NCBI GenBank assembly: GCA_964057225.1
Contig: OZ059896.1
Span: 2,666,001 to 2,730,000, forward strand
Source: Auanema rhodensis
Taxonomy: Eukaryota; Animalia; Nematoda
Length of the DNA stretch: 64,000 nucleotides
Direction: 5' to 3'
This document shows, in pieces, positions 38,081 to 53,000 of the stretch; within the stretch, counting starts at the first letter, position 1; every line of letters starts with the position of its first letter. The position numbers and the translations under genes were made by a program. The notes below the pieces were generated by a model, which was not told the origin of the DNA, did not search any database, and worked only from the letters and a program-made list of their open reading frames with translations.

Positions 38081-41000
38081 TCACGTAAATTTCAAAGTCA
38101 TGGTAACCATGAACCAATATCAATAAAAATTTGTTTTTAGACTAATATGGACATGGGGAATCTAATTTTGAAAACCGCATCTCTTTATCTTTCACGTGAA
38201 GCGAGTTACATACCAAGTGCACATCACGTGTACATTTAATTAGCATAAATTAAAGTTCACGTAAATTTCAAAGTCATGGTTACCATGAACCAATATCAAT
38301 AAAAATTTGTTTTCAGACTAATTTGGACATGGGGAATCTAATTTTGAAAACCGCATCTCTTTATCTTTCAAGTGAAGCGAGTTACATACCAAGTGCACAT
38401 CACGTGTACATTTAATTAGCATAAATTAAAGTTCACGTAAATTTCAAAGTCATGGTTACCATGAACCAATATCAATACAAATTTGTTTTTAGACTAATAT
38501 GGACATGGGGAATCTAATTTTGAAAATCGCATCTCTTTATCTTTCACGTGAAGCGAGTTACATACCAAGTGCACATCATGTGTACATTTAATTAGCATAA
38601 AGTAAAGTTCACGTAAATTTCAAAGTCATGGTTACCATGCACCAATATCAATAAAAATTTGTTTTTAGACTAATATGGACATGGGGAATCTAATTTTGAA
38701 AACCGCATCTCTTTATCTTTCACGTGAAGCGAGTTACATACCAAGTGCACATCATGTGTACATTTAATTAGCATAAAGTAAAGTTCACGTAAATTTCAAA
38801 GTCATGGTTACCATGCACCAATATCAATAAAAATTTGTTTTTAGACTAATATGGACATGGGGAATCTAATTTTGAAAATCGCATCTCTTTATCTTTCACG
38901 TGAAGCGAGTTACATACCAAGTGCACATCACGTGTACATTTAATTAGCATAAATTAAAGTTCACGTAAATTTCAAAGTCATGGTTACCATGAACCAATAT
39001 CAATAAAAATTTGTTTTTAGACTAATATGGACATGGGGAATCTAATTTTGAAAACCGCATCTCTTTATCTTTCACGTGAAGCGAGTTACATACCAAGTGC
39101 ACATCACGTGTACATTTAATTAGCATAAATTAAAGTTCACGTAAATTTCAAAGTCATGGTTACCATGCACCAATATTAATAAAAATTTGTTTTTAGACTA
39201 ATATGGACATGGGGAATCTAATTTTGAAAACCGCATCTCTTTATCTTTCACGTGAAGCGAGTTACATACCAAGTGCACATCACGTGTACATTTAATTAGC
39301 ATAAATTAAAGTTCACGTAAATTTCAAAGTCATGGTTACCATGAACCAATATCAATAAAAATTTGTTTTTAGACTAATATGGACATGGGGAATCTAATTT
39401 TGAAAACCGCATCTCTTTATCTTTCACGTGAAGCGAGTTACATACCAAGTGCACATCACGTGTACATTTAATTAGCATAAATTAAAGTTCACGTAAATTT
39501 CAAAGTCATGGTTACCATGAACCAATATCAATAAAAATTTGTTTTCAGACTAATTTGGACATGGGGAATCTAATTTTGAAAACCGCATCTCTTTATCTTT
39601 CAAGTGAAGCGAGTTACATACCAAGTGCACATCACGTGTACATTTAATTAGCATAAATTAAAGTTCACGTAAATTTCAAAGTCATGGTTACCATGAACCA
39701 ATATCAATAAAAATTTGTTTTTAAACTAATATGGACATGGGGAATCTAATTTTGAAAACCGCATCTCTTTATCTTTCACGTGAAGCGAGTTACATACCTA
39801 GTGCACATCACGTGTACATTTAATTAGCATAAATTAAAGTTCACGTAAATTTCAAAGTCATGGTTACCATGAACCAATATCAATAAAAATTTGTTTTTAA
39901 ACTAATATGGACATGGGGAATCTAATTTTGAAAATCGCATCTCTTTATCTTTCACGTGAAGCGAGTTACATACCAAGTGCACATCACGTGTACATTTAAT
40001 TAGCATAAATTAAAGTTCACGTAAATTTCAAAGTCATGGTTACCATGAACCAATATCAATAAAAATTTGTTTTTAGACTAATATGGACATGGGGAATCTA
40101 ATTTTGAAAACCGCATCTCTTTATCTTTCACGTGAAGCGAGTTACATACCAAGTGCACATCACGTGTACATTTAATTAGCATAAATTAAAGTTCACGTAA
40201 ATTTCAAAGTCATGGTTACCATGCATCAATATTAATAAAAATTTGTTTTTAGACTAATATGGACATGGGGAATCTAATTTTGAAAACCGCATCTCTTTAT
40301 CTTTCACGTGAAGCGAGTTACATACCAAGTGCACATCACGTGTACATTTAATTAGCATAAATTAAAGTTCACGTAAATTTCAAAGTCATGGTTACCATGA
40401 ACCAATATCAATAAAAATTTGTTTTTAGACTAATATGGACATGGGGAATCTAATTTTGAAAACCGCATCTCTTTATCTTTCACGTGAAGCGAGTTACATA
40501 CCAAGTGCACATCACGTGTACACATAATTAGCATAAATTAAAGTTCACGTAAATTTCAAAGTCATGGTTACCATGCACCAATATCAATAAATATTTGTTT
40601 TTAGACTAATATGGACATGGAGAATCTAATTTTGAAAACCGCATCTCTTTATCTTTCACGTGAAGCGAGTTACATACCAAGTGCACATCACGTGTACATT
40701 TAATTAGCATAAATTAAAGTTCACGTAAATTTCAAAGTCATGGTTACCATGAACCAATATCAATAAAAATTTGTTTTTAGACTAATATGGACATGGGGAA
40801 TCTAATTTTGAAAACCGCATCTCTTTATCTTTCACGTGAAGCGAGTTACATACCAAGTGCACATCACGTGTACATTTAATTAGCATAAATTAAAGTTCAC
40901 GTAAATTTCAAAGTCATGGTTACCATGCACCAATATTAATAAAAATTTGTTTTTAGACTAATATGGACATGGGGAATCTAATTTTGAAAACCGCATCTCT

Positions 41001-44000
41001 TTATCTTTCACGTGAAGCGAGTTACATACCAAGTGCACATCACGTGTACATTTAATTAGCATAAATTAAAGTTCACGTAAATTTCAAAGTCATGGTTACC
41101 ATGAACCAATATCAATAAAAATTTGTTTTTAGACTAATATGGACATGGGGAATCTAATTTTGAAAACCGCATCTCTTTATCTTTCACGTGAAGCGAGTTA
41201 CATACCAAGTGCACATCACGTGTACATTTAATTAGCATAAATTAAAGTTCACGTAAATTTCAAAGTCATGGTTACCATGAACCAATATCAATAAAAATTT
41301 GTTTTCAGACTAATTTGGACATGGGGAATCTAATTTTGAAAACCGCATCTCTTTATCTTTCAAGTGAAGCGAGTTACATACCAAGTGCACATCACGTGTA
41401 CATTTAATTAGCATAAATTAAAGTTCACGTAAATTTCAAAGTCATGGTTACCATGAACCAATATCAATAAAAATTTGTTTTTAAACTAATATGGACATGG
41501 GGAATCTAATTTTGAAAACCGCATCTCTTTATCTTTCACGTGAAGCGAGTTACATACCTAGTGCACATCACGTGTACATTTAATTAGCATAAATTAAAGT
41601 TCACGTAAATTTCAAAGTCATGGTTACCATGAACCAATATCAATAAAAATTTGTTTTTAAACTAATATGGACATGGGGAATCTAATTTTGAAAATCGCAT
41701 CTCTTTATCTTTCACGTGAAGCGAGTTACATACCAAGTGCACATCACGTGTACATTTAATTAGCATAAATTAAAGTTCACGTAAATTTCAAAGTCATGGT
41801 TACCATGAACCAATATCAATAAAAATTTGTTTTTAGACTAATATGGACATGGGGAATCTAATTTTGAAAACCGCATCTCTTTATCTTTCACGTGAAGCGA
41901 GTTACATACCAAGTGCACATCACGTGTACATTTAATTAGCATAAATTAAAGTTCACGTAAATTTCAAAGTCATGGTTACCATGCACCAATATTAATAAAA
42001 ATTTGTTTTTAGACTAATATGGACATGGGGAATCTAATTTTGAAAACCGCATCTCTTTATCTTTCACGTGAAGCGAGTTACATACCAAGTGCACATCACG
42101 TGTACATTTAATCAGCATAAATTAAAGTTCACGTAAATTTCAAAGTCATGGTTACCATGAACCAATATCAATAAAAATTTGTTTTTAGACTAATATGGAC
42201 ATGGGGAATCTAATTTTGAAAACCGCATCTCTTTATCTTTCACGTGAAGCGAGTTACATACCAAGTGCACATCACGTGTACACATAATTAGCATAAATTA
42301 AAGTTCACGTAAATTTCAAAGTCATGGTTACCATGCACCAATATCAATAAATATTTGTTTTTAGACTAATATGGACATGGAGAATCTAATTTTGAAAACC
42401 GCATCTCTTTATCTTTCACGTGAAGCGAGTTACATACCAAGTGCACATCACGTGTACATTTAATTAGCATAAATTAAAGTTCACGTAAATTTCAAAGTCA
42501 TGGTTACCATGCACCAATATCAATAAAAATTTGTTTTTAGACTAATATGGACATGGGGAATCTAATTTTGAAAACCGCATCTCTTTATCTTTCACGTGAA
42601 GCGAGTTACATACCAAGTGCACATCACGTGTACACTTAATTAGCATAAATTAAAGTTCACGTAAATTTCAAAGTCATGGTTACCATGCACCAATATCAAT
42701 AAAAATTTGTTTTTAGACTAATATGGACATGGGGAATCTAATTTTGAAAACCGCATCTCTTTATCTTTCAAGTGAAGCGAGTTACATACCAAGTGCACAT
42801 CACGTGTACATTTAATTAGCATAAATTAAAGTTCACGTAAATTTCAAAGTCATGGTTACCATGCACCAATATCAATAAAAATTTGTTTTTACACTAATAT
42901 GGACATGGGGAATCTAATTTTGAAAACCGCATCTCTTTATCTTTCACGTGAAGCGAGTTACATACCAAGTGCACATCACGTGTACATTTAATTAGCATAA
43001 ATTAAAGTTCACGTAAATTTCAAAGTCATGGTTACCATGCACCAATATCAATAAAAATTTGTTTTTAGACTAATATGAACATGGGGAATCTAATTTTGAA
43101 AACCGCATCTCTTTATCTTTCACGTGAAGCGAGTTACATACCAAGTGCACATAACGTGTACATTTAATTAGCATAAATTAAAGTTCACGTAAATTTCAAA
43201 GTCATGGTTACCATGCACCAATATCAATAAAAATTTGTTTTTAGACTAATATGGACATGGAGAATCTAATTTTGAAAACCGCATCTCTTTATCTTTCACG
43301 TGAAGCGAGTTACATACCAAGTGCACATCACGTGTACACTTAATTAGCATAAATTAAAGTTCACGTAAATTTCAAAGTCATGGTTACCATGCACCAATAT
43401 CAATAAAAATTTGTTTTTAGACTAATATGGACATGGGGAATCTAATTTTGAAAACCGCATCTCTTTATCTTTCAAGTGAAGCGAGTTACATACCAAGTGC
43501 ACATCACGTGTACACTTAATTAGCATAAATTAAAGTTCACGTAAATTTCAAAGTCATGGTTAAAATGCACCAATATCAATAAAAATTTGTTTTTAGACTA
43601 ATATGGACATGGGGAATCTAATTTTGAAAACCGCATCTCTTTATCTTTCAAGTGAAGCGAGTTACATACCAAGTGCACATCACGTGTACATTTAATTAGC
43701 ATAAATTAAAGTTCACGTAAATTTCAAAGTCATGGTTACCATGCACCAATATCAATAAAAATTTGTTTTTAGACTAATATGGACATGGGGAATCTAATTT
43801 TGAAAACCGCATCTCTTTATCTTTCACGTGAAGCGAGTTACATACCAAGTGCACATCACGTGTACACTTAATTAGCATAAATTAAAGTTCACGTAAATTT
43901 CAAAGTCATGGTTACCATGCACCACTATCAATAAAAATTTGTTTTTAGACTAATATGGACATGGGGAATCTAATTTTGAAAACCGCATCTCTTTATCTTT

Positions 44001-47000
44001 CAAGTGAAGCGAGTTACATACCAAGTGCACATCACGTGTACATTTAATTAGCATAAATTAAAGTTCACGTAAATTTCAAAGTCATGGTTACCATGAACCA
44101 ATATCAATAAAAATTTGTTTTTAGACTAATATGGACATGGGGAATCTAATTTTGAAAACCGCATCTCTTTATCTTTCACGTGAAGCGAGTTACATACCAA
44201 GTGCACATCACGTGTACACATAATTAGCATAAATTAAAGTTCACGTAAATTTCAAAGTCATGGTTACCATGCACCAATAGCAATAAATATTTGTTTTTAG
44301 ACTAATATGGACATGGAGAATCTAATTTTGAAAACCGCATCTCTTTATCTTTCACGTGAAGCGAGTTACATACCAAGTGCACATCACGTGTACATTTAAT
44401 TAGCATAAATTAAAGTTCACGTAAATTTCAAAGTCATGGTTACCATGCACCAATATCAATAAAAATTTGTTTTTAGACTAATATGGACATGGGGAATCTA
44501 ATTTTGAAAACCGCATCTCTTTATCTTTCACGTGAAGCGAGTTACATACCAAGTGCACATCACGTGTACACTTAATTAGCATAAATTAAAGTTCACGTAA
44601 ATTTCAAAGTCATGGTTACCATGCACCAATATCAATAAAAATTTGTTTTTAGACTAATATGGACATGGGGAATCTAATTTTGAAAACCGCATCTCTTTAT
44701 CTTTCAAGTGAAGCGAGTTACATACCAAGTGCACATCACGTGTACATTTAATTAGCATAAATTAAAGTTCACGTAAATTTCAAAGTCATGGTTACCATGC
44801 ACCAATATCAATAAAAATTTGTTTTTAGACTAATATGGACATGGGGAATCTAATTTTGAAAACCGCATCTCTTTATCTTTCACGTGAAGCGAGTTACATA
44901 CCAAGTGCACATCACGTGTACATTTAATTAGCATAAATTAAAGTTCACGTAAATTTCAAAGTCATGGTTACCATGCACCAATATCAATAAAAATTTGTTG
45001 TTAGACTAATATGGACATGAAGAATCTAATTTTGAAAACCGCATCTCTTTATCTTTCACGTGAAGCGAGTTACATACCAAGTGCACATAACGTGTACATT
45101 TAATTAGCATAAATTAAAGTTCACGTAAATTTCAAAGTCATGGTTACCATGCACCAATATCAATAAAAATTTGTTTTTAGACTAATATGGACATGGAGAA
45201 TCTAATTTTGAAAACCGCATCTCTTTATCTTTCACGTGAAGCGAGTTACATACCAAGTGCACATCACGTGTACACTTAATTAGCATAAATTAAAGTTCAC
45301 GTAAATTTCAAAGTCATGGTTACCATGCACCAATATCAATAAAAATTTGTTTTTAGACTAATATGGACATGGGGAATCTAATTTTGAAAACCGCATCTCT
45401 TTATCTTTCAAGTGAAGCGAGTTACATACCAAGTGCACATCACGTGTACACTTAATTAGCATAAATTAAAGTTCACGTAAATTTCAAAGTCATGGTTACC
45501 ATGCACCAATATCAATAAAAATTTGTTTTTAGACTAATATGGACATGGGGAATCTAATTTTGAAAACCGCATCTCTTTATCTTTCAAGTGAAGCGAGTTA
45601 CATACCAAGTGCACATCACGTGTACATTTAATTAGCATAAATTAAAGTTCACGTAAATTTCAAAGTCATGGTTACCATGCACCAATATCAATAAAAATTT
45701 GTTTTTAGACTAATATGGACATGGGGAATCTAATTTTGAAAACCGCATCTCTTTATCTTTCACGTGAAGCGAGTTACATACCAAGTGCACATCACGTGTA
45801 CACTTAATTAGCATAAATTAAAGTTCACGTAAATTTCAAAGTCATGGTTACCATGCACCAATATCAATAAAAATTTGTTTTTAGACTAATATGGACATGG
45901 GGAATCTAATTTTGAAAACCGCATCTCTTTATCTTTCAAGTGAAGCGAGTTACATACCAAGTGCACATCACGTGTACATTTAATTAGCATAAATTAAAGT
46001 TCACGTAAATTTCAAAGTCATGGTTACCATGCACCAATATCAATAAAAATTTGTTTTTAGACTAATATGGACATGGGGAATCTAATTTTGAAAACCGCAT
46101 CTCTTTATCTTTCACGTGAAGCGAGTTACATACCAAGTGCACATCACGTGTACATTTAATTAGCATAAATTAAAGTTCACGTAAATTTCAAAGTCATGGT
46201 TACCATGCACCAATATCAATAAAAATTTGTTTTTAGACTAATATGAACATGGGGAATCTAATTTTGAAAACCGCATCTCTTTATCTTTCACGTGAAGCGA
46301 GTTACATACCAAGTGCACATAACGTGTACATTTAATTAGCATAAATTAAAGTTCACGTAAATTTCAAAGTCATGGTTACCATGCACCAATATCAATAAAA
46401 ATCTGTTTTTAGACTAATATGGACATGGAGAATCTAATTTTGAAAACCGCATCTCTTTATCTTTCACGTGAAGCGAGTTACATACCAAGTGCACATCACG
46501 TGTACACTTAATTAGCATAAATTAAAGTTCACGTAAATTTCAAAGTCATGGTTACCATGCACCAATATCAATAAAAATTTGTTTTTAGACTAATATGGAC
46601 ATGGGGAATCTAATTTTGAAAACCGCATCTCTTTATCTTTCACGTGAAGCGAGTTACATACCAAGAGCACATCACGTGTACACTTAATTAGCATAAATTA
46701 AAGTTCACGTAAATTTCAAAGTCATGGTTACCATGCACCAATATCAATAAAAATTTGTTTTTAGACTAATATGGACATGGGGAATCTAATTTTGAAAACC
46801 GCATCTCTTTATCTTTCAAGTGAAGCGAGTTACATACCAAGTGCACATCACGTGTACATTTAATTAGCATAAATTAAAGTTCACGTAAATTTCAAAGTCA
46901 TGGTTACCATGCACCACTATCAATAAAAATTTGTTTTTAGACTAATATGGACATGGGGAATCTAATTTTGAAAACCGCATCTCTTTATCTTTCACGTGAA

Positions 47001-50000
47001 GCGAGTTACATACCAAGTGCACATCACGTGTACATTTAATTAGCATAAATTAAAGTTCACGTAAATTTCAAAGTCATGGTTACCATGCACCAATATCAAT
47101 AAAAATTTGTTTTTAGACTAATATGAACATGGGGAATCTAATTTTGAAAACCGCATCTCTTTATCTTTCACGTGAAGCGAGTTACATACCAAGTGCACAT
47201 AACGTGTACATTTAATTAGCATAAATTAAAGTTCACGTAAATTTCAAAGTCATGGTTACCATGCACCAATATCAATAAAAATCTGTTTTTAGACTAATAT
47301 GGACATGGAGAATCTAATTTTGAAAACCGCATCTCTTTATCTTTCACGTGAAGCGAGTTACATACCAAGTGCACATCACGTGTACACTTAATTAGCATAA
47401 ATTAAAGTTCACGTAAATTTCAAAGTCATGGTTACCATGCACCAATATCAATAAAAATTTGTTTTTAGACTAATATGGACATGGGGAATCTAATTTTGAA
47501 AACCGCATCTCTTTATCTTTCACGTGAAGCGAGTTACATACCAAGTGCACATCACGTGTACATTTAATTAGCATAAATTAAAGTTCACGTAAATTTCAAA
47601 GTCATGGTTACCATGCACCAATATCAATAAAAATTTGTTTTTAGACTAATATGAACATGGGGAATCTAATTTTGGAAACCGCATCTCTTTATCTTTCACG
47701 TGAAGCGAGTTACATACCAAGTGCACATAACGTGTACATTTAATTAGCATAAATTAAAGTTCACGTAAATTTCAAAGTCATGGTTACCATGCACCAATAT
47801 CAATAAAAATTTGTTTTTAGACTAATATGGACATGGAGAATCTAATTTTGAAAACCGCATCTCTTTATCTTTCACGTGAAGCGAGTTACATACCAAGTGC
47901 ACATCACGTGTACACTTAATTAGCATAAATTAAAGTTCACGTAAATTTCAAAGTCATGGTTACCATGCACCAATATCAATAAAAATTTGTTTTTAGACTA
48001 ATATGGACATGGGGAATCTAATTTTGAAAACCGCATCTCTTTATCTTTCAAGTGAAGCGAGTTACATACCAAGTGCACATCACGTGTACACTTAATTAGC
48101 ATAAATTAAAGTTCACGTAAATTTCAAAGTCATGGTTACCATGCACCAATATCAATAAAAATTTGTTTTTAGACTAATATGGACATGGGGAATCTAATTT
48201 TGAAAACCGCATCTCTTTATCTTTCAAGTGAAGCGAGTTACATACCAAGTGCACATCACGTGTACATTTAATTAGCATAAATTAAAGTTCACGTAAATTT
48301 CAAAGTCATGGTTACCATGCACCAATATCAATAAAAATTTGTTTTTAGACTAATATGGACATGGAGAATCTAATTTTGAAAACCGCATCTCTTTATCTTT
48401 CACGTGAAGCGAGTTACATACCAAGTGCACATCACGTGTACATTTAATTAGCATAAATTAAAGTTCACGTAAATTTCAAAGTCATGGTTACCATGCACCA
48501 ATATCAATAAAAATTTGTTTTTAGACTAATATGAACATGGGGAATCTAATTTTGAAAACCGCATCTCTTTATCTTTCACGTGAAGCGAGTTACATACCGA
48601 GTGCACATAACGTGTACATTTAATTAGCATAAATTAAAGTTCACGTAAATTTCAAAGTCATGGTTACCATGCACCAATATCAATAAAAATTTGTTTTTAG
48701 ACTAATATGGACATGGGGAATCTAATTTTGAAAACCGCATCTCTTTATCTCTCACGTGAAGCGAGTTACATACCGAGTGCACATCACGTGTACATTTAAT
48801 TAGCATAAATTAAAGTTCACGTAAATTTCAAAGTCATGGTTACCATGCACCAATATTAATAAAAATTTATTTTTAGACTAATATGGACATGGGGAATCTA
48901 ATTTTGAAAACCGCATCTCTTTATCTTTCACGTGAAGCGAGTTACATACCAAGTGCACATCACGTGTACACATAATTAGCATAAATTAAAGTTCACGTAA
49001 ATTTCAAAGTCATGGTTACCATGCACCAATATCAATAAAAATTTGTTTTTAGACTAATATGGACATGGGGAATCTAATTTTGAAAACCGCATCTCTTTAT
49101 CTTTCAAGTGAAGCGAGTTACATACCAAGTGCACATCACGTGTACATTTAATTAGCATAAATTAAAGTTCACGTAAATTTCAAAGTCATGGTTACCATGA
49201 ACCAATATCAATAAAAATTTGTTTTCAGACTAATTTGGACATGGGGAATCTAATTTTGAAAACCGCATCTCTTTATCTTTCAAGTGAAGCGAGTTACATA
49301 CCAAGTGCACATCACGTGTACATTTAATTAGCATAAATTAAAGTTCACGTAAATTTCAAAGTCATGGTTACCATGAACCAATATCAATAAAAATTTGTTT
49401 TTAAACTAATATGGACATGGGGAATCTAATTTTGAAAACCGCATCTCTTTATCTTTCACGTGAAGCGAGTTACATACCTAGTGCACATCACGTGTACATT
49501 TAATTAGCATAAATTAAAGTTCACGTAAATTTCAAAGTCATGGTTACCATGAACCAATATCAATAAAAATTTGTTTTTAGACTAATATGGACATGGGGAA
49601 TCTAATTTTGAAAATCGCATCTCTTTATCTTTCACGTGAAGCGAGTTACATACCAAGTGCACATCACGTGTACATTTAATTAGCATAAATTAAAGTTCAC
49701 GTAAATTTCAAAGTCATGGTTACCATGCACCAATATTAATAAAAATTTGTTTTTAGACTAATATGGACATGGGGAATCTAATTTTGAAAACCGCATCTCT
49801 TTATCTTTCACGTGAAGCGAGTTACATACCAAGTGCACATCACGTGTACATTTAATTAGCATAAATTAAAGTTCACGTAAATTTCAAAGTCATGGTTACC
49901 ATGAACCAATATCAATAAAAATTTGTTTTTAGACTAATATGGACATGGGGAATCTAATTTTGAAAACCGCATCTCTTTATCTTTCACGTGAAGCGAGTTA

Positions 50001-53000
50001 CATACCAAGTGCACATCACGTGTACATTTAATTAGCATAAATTAAAGTTCACGTAAATTTCAAAGTCATGGTTACCATGAACCAATATCAATAAAAATTT
50101 GTTTTTAGACTAATATGGACATGGGGAATCTAATTTTGAAAATCGCATCTCTTTATCTTTTACGTGAAGCGAGTTACATACCAAGTGCACATCACGTGTA
50201 CATTTAATTAGCATAAATTAAAGTTCACGTAAATTTCAAAGTCATGGTTACCATGAACCAATATCAATAAAAATTTGTTTTTAGACTAATATGGACATGG
50301 GGAATCTAATTTTGAAAACCGCATCTCTTTATCTTTCACGTGAAGCGAGTTACATACCAAGTGCACATCACGTGTACATTTAATTAGCATAAATTAAAGT
50401 TCACGTAAATTTCAAAGTCATGGTTACCATGCACCAATATTAATAAAAATTTGTTTTTAGACTAATATGGACATGGGGAATCTAATTTTGAAAACCGCAT
50501 CTCTTTATCTTTCACGTGAAGCGAGTTACATACCAAGTGCACATCACGTGTACATTTAATTAGCATAAATTAAAGTTCACGTAAATTTCAAAGTCATGGT
50601 TACCATGAACCAATATCAATAAAAATTTGTTTTTAGACTAATATGGACATGGGGAATCTAATTTTGAAAACCGCATCTCTTTATCTTTCACGTGAAGCGA
50701 GTTACATACCAAGTGCACATCACGTGTACATTTAATTAGCATAAATTAAAGTTCACGTAAATTTCAAAGTCATGGTTACCATGAACCAATATCAATAAAA
50801 ATTTGTTTTTAGACTAATATGGACATGGGGAATCTAATTTTGAAAATCGCATCTCTTTATCTTTCACGTGAAGCGAGTTACATACCAAGTGCACATCACG
50901 TGTACATTTAATTAGCATAAATTAAAGTTCACGTAAATTTCAAAGTCATGGTTACCATGAACCAATATCAATAAAAATTTGTTTTTAGACTAATATGGAC
51001 ATGAAGAATCTAATTTTGAAAACCGCATCTCTTTATCTTTCAAGTGAAGCGAGTTACATACCAAGTGCACATCACGTGTACATTTAATTAGCATAAATTA
51101 AAGTTCACGTAAATTTCAAAGTCATGGTTACCATGAACCAATATCAATAAAAATTTGTTTTTAAACTAATATGGACATGGGGAATCTAATTTTGAAAACC
51201 GCATCTCTTTATCTTTCACGTGAAGCGAGTTACATACCTAGTGCACATCACGTGTACATTTAATTAGCATAAATTAAAGTTCACGTAAATTTCAAAGTCA
51301 TGGTTACCATGAACCAATATCAATAAAAATTTGTTTTTAGACTAATATGGACATGGGGAATCTAATTTTGAAAATCGCATCTCTTTATCTTTCACGTGAA
51401 GCGAGTTACATACCAAGTGCACATCACGTGTACATTTAATTAGCATAAATTAAAGTTCACGTAAATTTCAAAGTCATGGTTACCATGCACCAATATCAAT
51501 AAAAATTTGTTTTTAGACTAATATGGACATGGGGAATCTAATTTTGAAAACCGCATCTCTTTATCTCTCACGTGAAGCGAGTTACATACCGAGTGCACAT
51601 CACGTGTACATTTAATTAGCATAAATTAAAGTTCACGTAAATTTCAAAGTCATGGTTACCATGCACCAATATTAATAAAAATTTATTTTTAGACTAATAT
51701 GGACATGGGGAATCTAATTTTGAAAACCGCATCTCTTTATCTTTCACGTGAAGCGAGTTACATACCAAGTGCACATCACGTGTACACATAATTAGCATAA
51801 ATTAAAGTTCACGTAAATTTCAAAGTCATGGTTACCATGCACCAATATCAATAAAAATTTGTTTTTAGACTAATATGGACATGGGGAATCTAATTTTGAA
51901 AACCGCATCTCTTTATCTTTCAAGTGAAGCGAGTTACATACCAAGTGCACATCACGTGTACATTTAATTAGCATAAATTAAAGTTCACGTAAATTTCAAA
52001 GTCATGGTTACCATGAACCAATATCAATAAAAATTTGTTTTCAGACTAATTTGGACATGGGGAATCTAATTTTGAAAACCGCATCTCTTTATCTTTCAAG
52101 TGAAGCGAGTTACATACCAAGTGCACATCACGTGTACATTTAATTAGCATAAATTAAAGTTCACGTAAATTTCAAAGTCATGGTTACCATGAACCAATAT
52201 CAATAAAAATTTGTTTTTAAACTAATATGGACATGGGGAATCTAATTTTGAAAACCGCATCTCTTTATCTTTCACGTGAAGCGAGTTACATACCTAGTGC
52301 ACATCACGTGTACATTTAATTAGCATAAATTAAAGTTCACGTAAATTTCAAAGTCATGGTTACCATGAACCAATATCAATAAAAATTTGTTTTTAGACTA
52401 ATATGGACATGGGGAATCTAATTTTGAAAACCGCATCTCTTTATCTTTCACGTGAAGCGAGTTACATACCAAGTGCACATCACGTGTACATTTAATTAGC
52501 ATAAATTAAAGTTCACGTAAATTTCAAAGTCATGGTTACCATGAACCAATATCAATAAAAATTTGTTTTTAGACTAATATGGACATGGGGAATCTAATTT
52601 TGGAAACCGCATCTCTTTATCTTTCACGTGAAGCGAGTTACATACCAAGTGCACATCACGTGTACATTTAATTAGCATAAATTAAAGTTCACGTAAATTT
52701 CAAAGTCATGGTTACCATGAACCAATATCAATAAAAATTTGTTTTTAGACTAATATGGACATGGGGAATCTAATTTTGAAAATCGCATCTCTTTATCTTT
52801 TACGTGAAGCGAGTTACATACCAAGTGCACATCACGTGTACATTTAATTAGCATAAATTAAAGTTCACGTAAATTTCAAAGTCATGGTTACCATGAACCA
52901 ATATCAATAAAAATTTGTTTTTAGACTAATATGGACATGGGGAATCTAATTTTGAAAACCGCATCTCTTTATCTTTCACGTGAAGCGAGTTACATACCAA

